From positions 1-52,503 of IMG/VR virus record IMGVR_UViG_3300027859_000025: a DNA stretch of 52,503 nucleotides; one strand, 5' to 3'. Both the position numbers and the translations under genes were made by a program. Of the stretch, positions 39,501-46,670 are shown one piece after another (position 1 is the first letter of the stretch; the number at the start of each line of letters is the position of its first letter). A model generated the notes under the pieces. The model saw only the letters and a program-made list of their open reading frames with translations, was not told where the DNA came from and did not search any database. The stretch is from a virus (lineage: Duplodnaviria > Caudoviricetes).

Positions 39501-42500
39501 AGTGGAGACAATATACAAGGTATTAATAGTAATACTTTAGAGATAATGGGTAAAACCGTAGCTGAAACCTATACGCGTCAATTGCCTAAATCAGATCAAA
39601 ACTCTAATAATATATATGTTCAAAACGAACTTACATACCAAGTGATGACTGGTGAAATAACTCAAGCAGAAGCAGTTAAAAGACTTGATGCACAGATCAG
39701 CTCTGGTAATGCTAAAGTTAAACCTAGTATTACAAATAACAATATGCAACCCAATAGCTTGAAGTTTAGTGATAAAGCCGCTGGTAATAGCGTACTTGTT
39801 ACTGATGAGCTAAACACTCTTGACAAAGCTTTAGCTGAAGGTAGAAAAATAGATAAACCTGTTAAGAAAATAAGAGTATTTGACTTTGATGATACATTAG
39901 CTAGATCAAACAGTAAGGTTATTGTTATAAATCCTTTATCTAGCATTGATAGCGATATGCTTGATATTGTAGCTAGAAGAAAATTTAAAAAAGAATTTGA
40001 AAATCTACCAAGCTTTAAACAAAACTTCAACAGCTTAAACGAGCAACAAAAACTAGAAGTTTTAAAAGAAGTACCAGGTGGGACTAAAGAAATAAACGCA
40101 ACTCAATTTGCTGAACAAGCTGCCACACTTGAAGAGCAAGGCGCTACGTTTGATTTTAGTCAATTTGAGCAAGTTATTGATGGCAAGAAAGGACCGTTAT
40201 TTGATGTTGCTAAAAAAATAGCAGACGCTAGAGGAACAGAAGATTTATTTATATTAACAGCTAGACCACAAAGTGCAGCTGGTCCTATAAAAGCTTTTAT
40301 GAAAGCTTTAGGTATTAATATACCTTTAGGTAACATAACAGGCTTAGCCGATGGTACCGCTGCTGCAAAAGGTAGATGGATCGCTGGTAAAGCAGCTGAA
40401 GGTTATAATGACTTTTATTTTGCAGATGATGCTAGTAAAAATGTTAAAGCAGTTAAAGACGTATTAGATCAAATAGATGTTAAGTCTAGAGTGCAGCAAG
40501 CCAAGTTTAGTAAGTCAGCTACATTTAATACTATAGTAAATCAAATGATTGAAGACTCTTCAGGTATTGAATCATTCAAAACTTTTTCTGCTGCTAAAGC
40601 TAAAACAATAGGTAAAGATAAAGGGAGATTTGATTGGTTAACAATGGCTTCATCAGCTGAAGATTTTAAAGGTTTATTATATAGCTTATTAGGTGATGGT
40701 AAAAAAGGTGAAGCTCAATATGAGTTTTTGAAAACAAACCTTATGGATCCGTATAACAGAGCGGAAGATTCTATAACTCAAGCTAAAATAGCAGCTGCTA
40801 ACGACTTTATGGCATTGAAAGAGCAGTTTCCAGGTTTACCTACAACATTAGAAACAGAAACAGGTGTTGGGAAGTTTACATATCAGCACGCGCTTCGTAC
40901 TTATATGTGGACTCAACAAGGTATGTCAATACCTGGGCTTTCAAAAGCTGATGCAAGAAAACTTAATAAGTTTATAACTGATGACGCTAAGTTACAAAGT
41001 TTTGCAGATCAATTAATGTCAATACAAAAAGGTAAACCATATCCTAAACCTGGTAAAGATTGGTTAGGTGGTAATCTAACTACAGATATTATTGGTGGTA
41101 TAAACAAAGTAAACAGAGCAGAGTACCAGCAAGAGTGGAGAGAAAATGTAGATATTATATTTTCACCTGAGAACTTAAACAAAATGGAAGCGGCTTATGG
41201 TACCCGCTGGCGAAAAGCTTTAGAAAATAGTTTAGCTCGTATGAAAGCTGGCACAAATAGGCTTGGTTACAACGATCAGACAAGTGCTGTACTTGACTGG
41301 GTTAACAACTCCGTTGGTGCAGTAATGTTCTTAAATACTAAATCTGCGCTACTTCAAACTATATCTGCTGTAAACTTTATAAATTGGGGTGATAATAATA
41401 TTATAGCCGCAGGTAAAGCGTTTGCAAATCAAAAGCAATTCTGGGGAGATTTTATGACTCTTATGAACTCTGATTACTTAGTACAGCGTCGTAATGGTCT
41501 TAAAATAAATGTAAGTGAATCTGAAATAGCAGACGCTGTAAAAGATTCTAAAAACAAAGTTAATGCAGCTATATCGTATTTACTGAGTAAAGGTTTTGTA
41601 CTTACTCGTTATGCAGATAGTTTTGCTATTGCTTCAGGTGGCGCTACGTTCTATAGAAATAGAATGAATAAGTATATTAAAGAAGGTATGAGCAAGGAAT
41701 TAGCTGCAGAAAAAGCTTTTCAAGACTTTAGACGTATCGCGGAAGAAAGCCAACAGTCTAGTTCACCTGATAAAATCAGTATGCAGCAAGCATCAGCCGC
41801 TGGTCGTGTTATACTTAACTGGGCTAATACACCGATGCAATATATTAGAATACAAAAGCGTGACATACAGGACTTAATAGCAGGTCGCGGTGATCCAAAA
41901 GTTAAAATGGCTAGAATAGCTTATTACGGTGTTATTCAAAACTTAATATTTAACGCTATGCAACAAGCTTTATTTGCTATAGGTTTTGGTGACGACGAAG
42001 ATGATGAGGAGAAAAGTGCGGCAAAGAAAAAGCAAGATGAAAAGAGAATAGCTAGAGTTGCAAACGGTATGATTGACTCTCAGTTAAAAGGTTTAGGTAT
42101 TGCAGGTATGGCTATGGTTGCTGTTAAAAATACTTTAATGAAAATATACGAAGAGTCTGGTAAGAAAAGACCTGAGTATGAAGCCGCGGCAATAGAGGCA
42201 TTAAGCTTCTCGCCAGCTATTAGTTCTAAATATAGAAAAATAGTAGGCGGTTTAAAAAGCTTTAGTTGGAACATGAAAGAAATGAAACAAAAAGGTTTTA
42301 GTCTTGATAATCCAGCTTATCTAGCAGGAGCTCAAATTATAACAGCAACTACAAACATACCTATTGATCGTGTTATTAAGAAAGCAAATAATATAAGAGG
42401 CATATTGAGTGAGCAATCACAAAAGTGGCAGAAAGTTCTTTTGTTTGGTGGTTGGAGCACTTGGGACGTTGGCTTGCCTTACTATGGCGGTTGGGATAAA

Positions 42501-42692
42501 CCAGTTGAGCCTACAGAGGCAGAGCGTAAGAAACAAGAGATTGATATAATGAAGCGTGATACTAGCACGGTTGAGCAAACACAGATGTTATTAGATCTAG
42601 GTCTTACTAAAAAACAAATTAAAGCATTGCGCTATGAAGACGCTAGGGTTAAAAAAATAATTGAATTACAAAAAAAGAAAAAAGATGAGTAG
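33555..42692 (+). CDS. Giant multidomain putative ejection protein (3045 aa): membrane-like segment, HExxH zincin, sigma-2-like segment, HAD domain
   Basis: AAEHELLH at about 36915-36938; DALVEAN...DKFNP...KVTTF at about 37590-37830; VFDFDDTL / ILTAR / FADDASKN at about 39865-40450. Confidence 0.8.
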   Translation: MTIEEKTIELQSVSPPLTTPEIIAELGKWQAAQSIQALQEDNSPTNPGRSATFKEEKEEVIETPEVDDEEIINEEEEGNQEVVAEEQDATVTTTPDNASEEEDTESPSEDGSLESQEPEEEESYEVIRKRFFDTVQKQKNETGRRNAIDTAVKDAYKDVNSDVEIVNSGEEVVDGDFTYKYVSDVDKEGNLDLQVFYKGKDDEEFINASERAKNNPKNVALQNQEAAIQSQLGFLPAEVKEQANAILNYTPPPKPQDFDPNREGTQSFDDMLIYNYQEQDIVNQMSEADRLVYDSQKKLEAAKNNFNEILESDPKIKAWYEDLKKKMGDYDTQKAEIQKKIDALPVGETGKLAELEQELENLDEKFKDINILKGESMRVALDEELNAMMPDIKAKAYESTIIKPTEEPSMFNIVGKVFRGAGQRKLSKGQAAISTVMGDILDPVDTDLLQQQEFYEQAKKEYAKKNKVDLNTVTDADVRSIVEDKYVQFYTEQETNRLYRNYSESLIEDIEKDFFAKYVVSNIPGVGKTLASFTPTFAKMFGFKNIEDIFGDTTQEKKEQLIKAADNLDLNQKIVIDKLAQQTVAAETFKNLGRYNTTYLTEEDAAKAREEIRLSNLTIRSNIDIIEKGFDEMVERVDSVQKSELFDQYYAKNYGFVTELGGRAAAMGLDLFVNGLAEYSERMGINVASLGATGIALEGLYNKLTGEDLSKKLTDKFTGGVDSLIEYLNNEMAPPTTLSDIESGMDVARWAAGSLGQQLPIYGAIYLSGGTYAPILIGAAVAGNKFREMQKEIDLGTADYNWWQMYGTANLTGISAAATEYVTQGMLNRLKFSYQNIPGFKVSFNETMKGFLSSTGRWARDMGEEIPSEMLDELIGNIGDKYILGKKDVNLFDNLGETALSTLWTAGVAIRAPLIGHQILAPFRSKQSYQTIGEGVARISELNEQLATNKDLSVEAVQKIKDEISAITVNNMKALKIDINRLDDLTADEKKILLNNKAKEYEIIRSIQEINNDNTIDQKTKQTLISLKNQELQSISTNSTQILAPYIIAENKAKNEPIIDEAIKNVEQVTKKVLGEGINVIDDMNNLPEGIPKFVDAYVDPKTNQIYINKEWAASVGAVTAAEHELLHKIQKSMFDSTDPKVRAKALELVEDFKKTLSKKERNLVQQRIDANYRYEMNDDGSFVLDDQGNKIEKDPAAYAEEYFNVFSDLVGKNQIGFTDNLGENLLRFLNKLKESVFGPAGFTNLEYQNGRDAYNFIKDYNKSIKEGKVSERAEALIRKGALTTSDRTSSSITVNPAEQAAGYQVTKQASDLAADVKSGEKTNEQLIVDAAPKNEADPQVRIASQDALVEANWPVIRKALNIDPTGKIPQPFIKLAVQEMFRDTFPGRGVEAKFFDKFNPKLKNKVTTFLEGQLNMRTGDILERAKALESEKQDLGIEKAGGVVDTSTTKTVTTKRSRTPKTPTETVKYSDTIIEKAGVKDKVELEAKITEETRKGFEDVEVERFGQTKDVPRGVADIYGDMLGLNPETITDKTRTYQNYDEAGLNAAQRFLLANAASDYARLPKTKDETTTRGRGTFIPKNMKDALYTDGKLTGTLKDYMDLLRSKPTGKLYRDSKYAQLIRGLLNTHIRNRMFETLVPTTPQRLRGGAKFSITQAQRPGLYKVGSEDGLVVMRDSAIKFAKDNNIKVEFENPDGTFTELNVNNFNASNPKAVEYLKRNIENELWKHVPLESLTRGTMVDYSSKGNAIFFDSKQFDKILDNAYSNRKKWLAEGNTLSYDQAELKQSIKVAFGTKSPSLVTGNYAKESAKRKVDANAKGVKIILQGGANAIKADPANYLSLLAIYGTQSSSSSHLVRNMAVDMGLSEEYLKAKRSKDGNTVKEHVYPANEMASFMYLAQLYDDVDAIMPIVKKAYFQLGITEIQDNKLIDTDGTYGEKYNYKSTQTQLFYDGLKEYFKTGDESKIKNALIRYFNPQVNENSSGDNIQGINSNTLEIMGKTVAETYTRQLPKSDQNSNNIYVQNELTYQVMTGEITQAEAVKRLDAQISSGNAKVKPSITNNNMQPNSLKFSDKAAGNSVLVTDELNTLDKALAEGRKIDKPVKKIRVFDFDDTLARSNSKVIVINPLSSIDSDMLDIVARRKFKKEFENLPSFKQNFNSLNEQQKLEVLKEVPGGTKEINATQFAEQAATLEEQGATFDFSQFEQVIDGKKGPLFDVAKKIADARGTEDLFILTARPQSAAGPIKAFMKALGINIPLGNITGLADGTAAAKGRWIAGKAAEGYNDFYFADDASKNVKAVKDVLDQIDVKSRVQQAKFSKSATFNTIVNQMIEDSSGIESFKTFSAAKAKTIGKDKGRFDWLTMASSAEDFKGLLYSLLGDGKKGEAQYEFLKTNLMDPYNRAEDSITQAKIAAANDFMALKEQFPGLPTTLETETGVGKFTYQHALRTYMWTQQGMSIPGLSKADARKLNKFITDDAKLQSFADQLMSIQKGKPYPKPGKDWLGGNLTTDIIGGINKVNRAEYQQEWRENVDIIFSPENLNKMEAAYGTRWRKALENSLARMKAGTNRLGYNDQTSAVLDWVNNSVGAVMFLNTKSALLQTISAVNFINWGDNNIIAAGKAFANQKQFWGDFMTLMNSDYLVQRRNGLKINVSESEIADAVKDSKNKVNAAISYLLSKGFVLTRYADSFAIASGGATFYRNRMNKYIKEGMSKELAAEKAFQDFRRIAEESQQSSSPDKISMQQASAAGRVILNWANTPMQYIRIQKRDIQDLIAGRGDPKVKMARIAYYGVIQNLIFNAMQQALFAIGFGDDEDDEEKSAAKKKQDEKRIARVANGMIDSQLKGLGIAGMAMVAVKNTLMKIYEESGKKRPEYEAAAIEALSFSPAISSKYRKIVGGLKSFSWNMKEMKQKGFSLDNPAYLAGAQIITATTNIPIDRVIKKANNIRGILSEQSQKWQKVLLFGGWSTWDVGLPYYGGWDKPVEPTEAERKKQEIDIMKRDTSTVEQTQMLLDLGLTKKQIKALRYEDARVKKIIELQKKKKDE

Positions 42693-42840
42693 TCCTTTAT
42701 ACGGTAAAATAAGTGGCGCTTGTAAAGCCGCAGCAAAAAAGAAATTTAAGGTTTGGCCTAGTGCTTATGCTTCAGGTTGGGGCGTAAGATGTACTAAAGC
42801 TGGTGGACCTAGTAACTTTGGAGGTAAAAAGAAAAAGTAA
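42685..42840 (+). CDS. Small basic protein (51 aa, SP-motif family), not in ORF track
   Basis: MSSPLYGKISGACKAAAKKKFKVWPSAYASGWGVRCTKAGGPSNFGGKKKK; overlaps both neighbours. Confidence 0.8.
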   Translation: MSSPLYGKISGACKAAAKKKFKVWPSAYASGWGVRCTKAGGPSNFGGKKKK

Positions 42841-43244
42841 TGGATTATAAACAAGGAACACCGTTTAAGCACTGTTGGGCTACAGTCATGCACTCTAAGC
42901 CGTGGAACAAGATGCGTAATAGAACTGCTGCTGTATCAGGCAGAGGTAAAGGTAATGATCCTAGTTTAGCAGCTGCCGAAGAAAAAAGATCTCCACTTAA
43001 CAAACAAAAAGGCGGTGGTACAACTAAAACTTGTTTACCCGCTTCTAAAATAAGAAGCATGAGTAAAGAAGAAAGACAGAAGCTAGTTAACTCTAAAAAA
43101 TCAGCTGGCGCTAAAGGTAAATATAAAAGATCATCTAAGACTAATGTCAAAGGTGCTCGTAAAAAAGGAGCTACACTTAGAGACTGGTTTGAAAAAGAAG
43201 ACTGGAGAAGAGTAGATGATCCATCTAAAAAATGCGGAGAATAA
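42840..43244 (+). CDS. Basic protein (134 aa, SP-motif family)
   Basis: KRSPLNKQ; KTCLPASK; LRDWFEKEDW. Confidence 0.75.
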   Translation: MDYKQGTPFKHCWATVMHSKPWNKMRNRTAAVSGRGKGNDPSLAAAEEKRSPLNKQKGGGTTKTCLPASKIRSMSKEERQKLVNSKKSAGAKGKYKRSSKTNVKGARKKGATLRDWFEKEDWRRVDDPSKKCGE

Positions 43245-43245
43245 T

Positions 43246-44427
43246 ATGAAAAAAATACTATGCCTATTGTTGTTATTAATTACATTTAATAGTAACGCTC
43301 AGTTTTTTAAAAAAATATATGATAATGTATTTAAGTATTCTAGTTTATATGCCGCTGGTAATACTTCTAATTCATTTGAAACGCCTCGTAAAAATTACTT
43401 TGTAAGACCTCCAGCTGATGGTAACTTATATGATATACCACAGGTTATAGATAATACAGAGTATTTTCCAAACGATTATAGATTAGGTGTTGGTATACGT
43501 AAACTGGCTAGATTTGGTTATGAAAACAAACCCAACTTTTATAACGGTACAGAAAACAATATAGCTTTATCAGCTCCAACAGCGGCGGTACAAGGCTTAG
43601 AGTATTTGTTTCATTATGAAAAAGAACGTCAGCGTGGTGATGAGTTTGAAAACTCTAGATATTTTATACGTCACACCGGCAAGTATCATATTATAAAAGC
43701 TGAACAAAGACAAGCTGGTAACGTAGGATTTAAATATCAGTCTGCTGAAGTTAGGCTTAGAGCACCTATAGGTAATAAGTTTAGTGTATCAGCTGGCGCA
43801 ATATATAGAACACATGAGCAAGCTTTTGGATATAATCCTATAGAGATATGGCTTAATGAAACTGAAATAATAAATGGCGAAGAGTTCCCTGCAAACTACT
43901 GGTATGAATTAGGATTTTTATATGGCTACGACGATATATTTTATTCAGCAGAAGACGAGTTAGGAAACGAAGTATATGACTGGTATTGGATTGATCCAGA
44001 AGGTAATCAAGTTGCAAATACAGATTTGGATTTTAGAAATACAGTTTTTGGTGATTTAATGATGCGCTACAATAACGAGCAGTGGGATTTATTAGATGAC
44101 TTTGGCGAGATAGCACCGATTGTTGGATTTGATTTTTACCACTATCAAAATAATTTTTGGATGCACATGTATGGTAATTTAATATTAGGTCACCACAAAT
44201 ATATAAAAGGCGATGTTGACTTTAGTTACTTAAATAGAAACAACTGGGGTAAAGGTGGTCTTCGTGAAGATGCAGAACTTGAACAGTGGCAAGATATGCA
44301 AGGCGGTATTATGTTTGGATGGAAAATATGGAAAACAGTAGGATTATTTGCTGAAGCTGAATACGTGAAGTTTTGGGATCGTGAAATATTTAATACTAAC
44401 TTTGGAATAAACGTAACACTAAGATAA
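43246..44427 (+). CDS. Secreted, probable outer-membrane beta-barrel-like protein
   Basis: Signal peptide MKKILCLLLLLITFNSNA-Q; aromatic-rich alternating strands; ends NTNFGINVTLR; start moved from 43216. Confidence 0.65.
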   Translation: MKKILCLLLLLITFNSNAQFFKKIYDNVFKYSSLYAAGNTSNSFETPRKNYFVRPPADGNLYDIPQVIDNTEYFPNDYRLGVGIRKLARFGYENKPNFYNGTENNIALSAPTAAVQGLEYLFHYEKERQRGDEFENSRYFIRHTGKYHIIKAEQRQAGNVGFKYQSAEVRLRAPIGNKFSVSAGAIYRTHEQAFGYNPIEIWLNETEIINGEEFPANYWYELGFLYGYDDIFYSAEDELGNEVYDWYWIDPEGNQVANTDLDFRNTVFGDLMMRYNNEQWDLLDDFGEIAPIVGFDFYHYQNNFWMHMYGNLILGHHKYIKGDVDFSYLNRNNWGKGGLREDAELEQWQDMQGGIMFGWKIWKTVGLFAEAEYVKFWDREIFNTNFGINVTLR

Positions 44428-44720
44428 TGGCCAAAACACCACCACAAATAGGGGAAGACACTAAAATAACATTAGATTTTAAAACAATAGGCATGATAGT
44501 AGGTTTTGTTGTAACTTTATCAGGCATGTGGTATACATTGCAGGCTGATATAGCAGAAGCCATGAAACAGCCTGAACCTGTTATAGATCGTGTTGAGTAT
44601 GATTTAAAAGATGAACTTATACGTCAAACTATTATGGACACTCAAGATGATGTAGAAGAAATTAAAGAAACTATTGGAAAAATTGATCAACGTTTATACG
44701 AAATACAAAGAGGAAGATGA
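44427..44720 (+). CDS. Single-TM protein with a C-terminal coiled coil
   Basis: TIGMIVGFVVTLSGMWY followed by heptad repeats. Confidence 0.7.
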   Translation: MAKTPPQIGEDTKITLDFKTIGMIVGFVVTLSGMWYTLQADIAEAMKQPEPVIDRVEYDLKDELIRQTIMDTQDDVEEIKETIGKIDQRLYEIQRGR

Positions 44721-45127
44721 AGAATTTAATTTTACTTTTATTTAGCACAATAGCTTTTGGTCAAGTAAGTGTACCTGAAGATAAATGGATAGACGACGCT
44801 AGCTTTGAAAACGTTATAGCTCAAGTGTCATCTTTTGGTGAAAATAATTTTGAAACAATAGTTGTAGAATTCTGGGCAGATTTTAATAAAGAAAACTGTT
44901 TTAGTGAGTGGGAGAAAATAAAAGATGCTACATACTATAGAATAGATATAGCTAAAGCTCCTAAAGCAAAAAAGAAACATAGAGTACGTATGGCTCCAAC
45001 TTTACTTATATTTAAAAACGGTATCAAAGAAGCTACATTTAAAGCTGGATTAGATTTATTACTACCTACAGATCTTGAAGAGGTTCAAGCAACTATAGAT
45101 GAAATAAATCAAGCTGATAAATTCTAA
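44717..45127 (+). CDS. Exported thioredoxin-fold protein lacking CxxC
   Basis: Signal peptide; IVVEFWADFN in place of WCxxC; YRIDI, VRMAPTLLIFKNG. Confidence 0.75.
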   Translation: MKNLILLLFSTIAFGQVSVPEDKWIDDASFENVIAQVSSFGENNFETIVVEFWADFNKENCFSEWEKIKDATYYRIDIAKAPKAKKKHRVRMAPTLLIFKNGIKEATFKAGLDLLLPTDLEEVQATIDEINQADKF

Positions 45128-45130
45128 TTT

Positions 45131-45592
45131 ATGGAAAAAATAAGTGATCATATAACATATGCAGAAGCTATACACTCAAGTACAGCTAAACGTAAAAATA
45201 TAGACAATACACCTAATCCTACTCAAGTAGAAACAATGGGTTTAACCGCTAGAAAAATATTTGAACCACTACGCAAATGGGTCGGTGGAGCAATTAAAGT
45301 TACATCATTTTTTAGATCAGCTGCTTTAAACGAAGCCATAGGAGGATCAGCAAGTTCTCAGCATTGTAAAGGCCAAGCAATTGATTTAGATGATGTATAT
45401 GGACATAAGAGCAATGCAGAGATGTACCAATGGATAAAAGAAAACCTAAACTTTGATCAACTTATATGGGAGTTTGGTACAGATATGAATCCTAACTGGA
45501 TACATGTGTCTTATGTTAACGATGAAGATAATAGAAATAAATGCTTGAAAGCATATAAAGAAAACGGTAAAACAAAATATAAAGTAATATGA
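45131..45592 (+). CDS. Peptidase M15A-family endolysin
   Basis: SFFRS..LN.AIGG, SQHCKGQAID (SxHxxGxAxD) and WIHVS. Confidence 0.88.
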   Translation: MEKISDHITYAEAIHSSTAKRKNIDNTPNPTQVETMGLTARKIFEPLRKWVGGAIKVTSFFRSAALNEAIGGSASSQHCKGQAIDLDDVYGHKSNAEMYQWIKENLNFDQLIWEFGTDMNPNWIHVSYVNDEDNRNKCLKAYKENGKTKYKVI

Positions 45593-45924
45593 ATTCGCCA
45601 TTTAAAATTTCACCGTTTTTTACTGATCATATAGATCCTGAAAAAATTAGATCTGCTAGACAAAATAAAACTATTTACGTTACAGGTGATCAAGGTAAAT
45701 ATAACTTTCACGATTCTCCTCAATATGAGGGTCATGAGCCATCTAGTCATTTAATGGCTGATGATGGTAGAAGAGAAGCTTGGCCTTCTATATATAGAGA
45801 TAGTATTACAGGTTCTTGGTCTAATCAAAGTAGAGATCAAGCTATTAAAAGAAACGAATTATATAGTTTTAAAGATCAAGATCAAATGATAGATTTTGCT
45901 AGAAAAGGTAATTGGAAAAAATAA
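45589..45924 (+). CDS. Hypothetical protein (111 aa, SP-motif family)
   Basis: Starts MNSPFKISPFF. Confidence 0.75.
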   Translation: MNSPFKISPFFTDHIDPEKIRSARQNKTIYVTGDQGKYNFHDSPQYEGHEPSSHLMADDGRREAWPSIYRDSITGSWSNQSRDQAIKRNELYSFKDQDQMIDFARKGNWKK

Positions 45925-45929
45925 ATAAT

Positions 45930-46211
45930 ATGAAATCACCTGTAAAAATAAAAGAAAAAGCTTACGAAAAACAGAATAGAAAAATGCGGTCAGAGTATAC
46001 ATCTGAAACCGGTAAGAAGTTGGGTAAAAGACTTACAAAAGGAAGCAACAAGCGAAGAGTGTCATTTGCTTGTAGGTTTGCTGGTATGGCTGGAGCAATG
46101 AAAGATGCTAAAGGCGAACCAACTAAGAAAGCAATGGCACTAAAAAAGTGGGGTTTCGGTAGCGTAGAAGCGGCTAGAAACTTTTGTAACAAACATAAAT
46201 CTAAAAAATAA
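45930..46211 (+). CDS. Basic protein (93 aa, SP-motif family)
   Basis: MKSPVKIK...RRVSFACRFAGM...ALKKWG; start moved from 45912 to the ATG. Confidence 0.75.
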   Translation: MKSPVKIKEKAYEKQNRKMRSEYTSETGKKLGKRLTKGSNKRRVSFACRFAGMAGAMKDAKGEPTKKAMALKKWGFGSVEAARNFCNKHKSKK

Positions 46212-46444
46212 TGAAAAGTAATTCACCGTTCTATCAAGATAAATGTGCAGAAGCAAGAGCGAAAAAGAAAGCTGAGTACATGAAAAGGAAATCAAAAACA
46301 TCAATGAAGAGAGTTGATGGTAAAATGCAAAAATACGAAAAGCCTATTAGTCAAGAGCAAAACTTAAAAGAGTTTAACGCAGAGATACAAGAGTATGAAT
46401 GTGTTAATGGGCAACTTAAATTAAGACAAATAGAAAACGATTAA
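46211..46444 (+). CDS. Basic protein (77 aa, SP-motif family)
   Basis: Starts MKSNSPFYQ. Confidence 0.75.
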   Translation: MKSNSPFYQDKCAEARAKKKAEYMKRKSKTSMKRVDGKMQKYEKPISQEQNLKEFNAEIQEYECVNGQLKLRQIEND

Positions 46445-46447
46445 ATT

Positions 46448-46588
46448 ATGGGAAAATTATTAGTAAAATTAGGATTATGGATGCAAGCTTGCTGGTGTAA
46501 GCTAATGTGTAAATGGAACTGGTTAGTATCTAAATTGATTGTAGATGTTAAAGATTGTCCAGTAGCACAGTGTGTATGTAAAAAATAA
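46448..46588 (+). CDS. Small Cys/Trp-rich protein (46 aa), not in ORF track
   Basis: MGKLLVKLGLWMQACWCKLMCKWNWLVSKLIVDVKDCPVAQCVCKK. Confidence 0.65.
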   Translation: MGKLLVKLGLWMQACWCKLMCKWNWLVSKLIVDVKDCPVAQCVCKK

Positions 46589-46634
46589 GGAACAAAGATA
46601 ACTGGGCGTACCATACCCAAAAGTTCCTGTAACC

Positions 46635-46670
46635 GAAGGGGATCTCAATCGAGGTCCCCTTCATTGTTTT
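46635..46670 (+). terminator. Terminator between convergent modules
   Basis: GAAGGGGATCTC-AATC-GAGGTCCCCTTC stem followed by ATTGTTTTT. Confidence 0.85.

Noticed and set aside
33555-42692. Virion RNA polymerase, as in crAss-like or N4-like phages
   Set aside because: No DxDxD in a double-psi-barrel context and no T7-type polymerase motifs recognised; DFDDT belongs to the HAD motif
3415-46192. Minus-strand ORFs antisense to structural genes (e.g. 3415-3768, 6938-7291, 12121-12519, 15333-15692, 39662-40030)
   Set aside because: They lie opposite well-supported genes, have S/L/F/P-biased shadow composition and show no motifs
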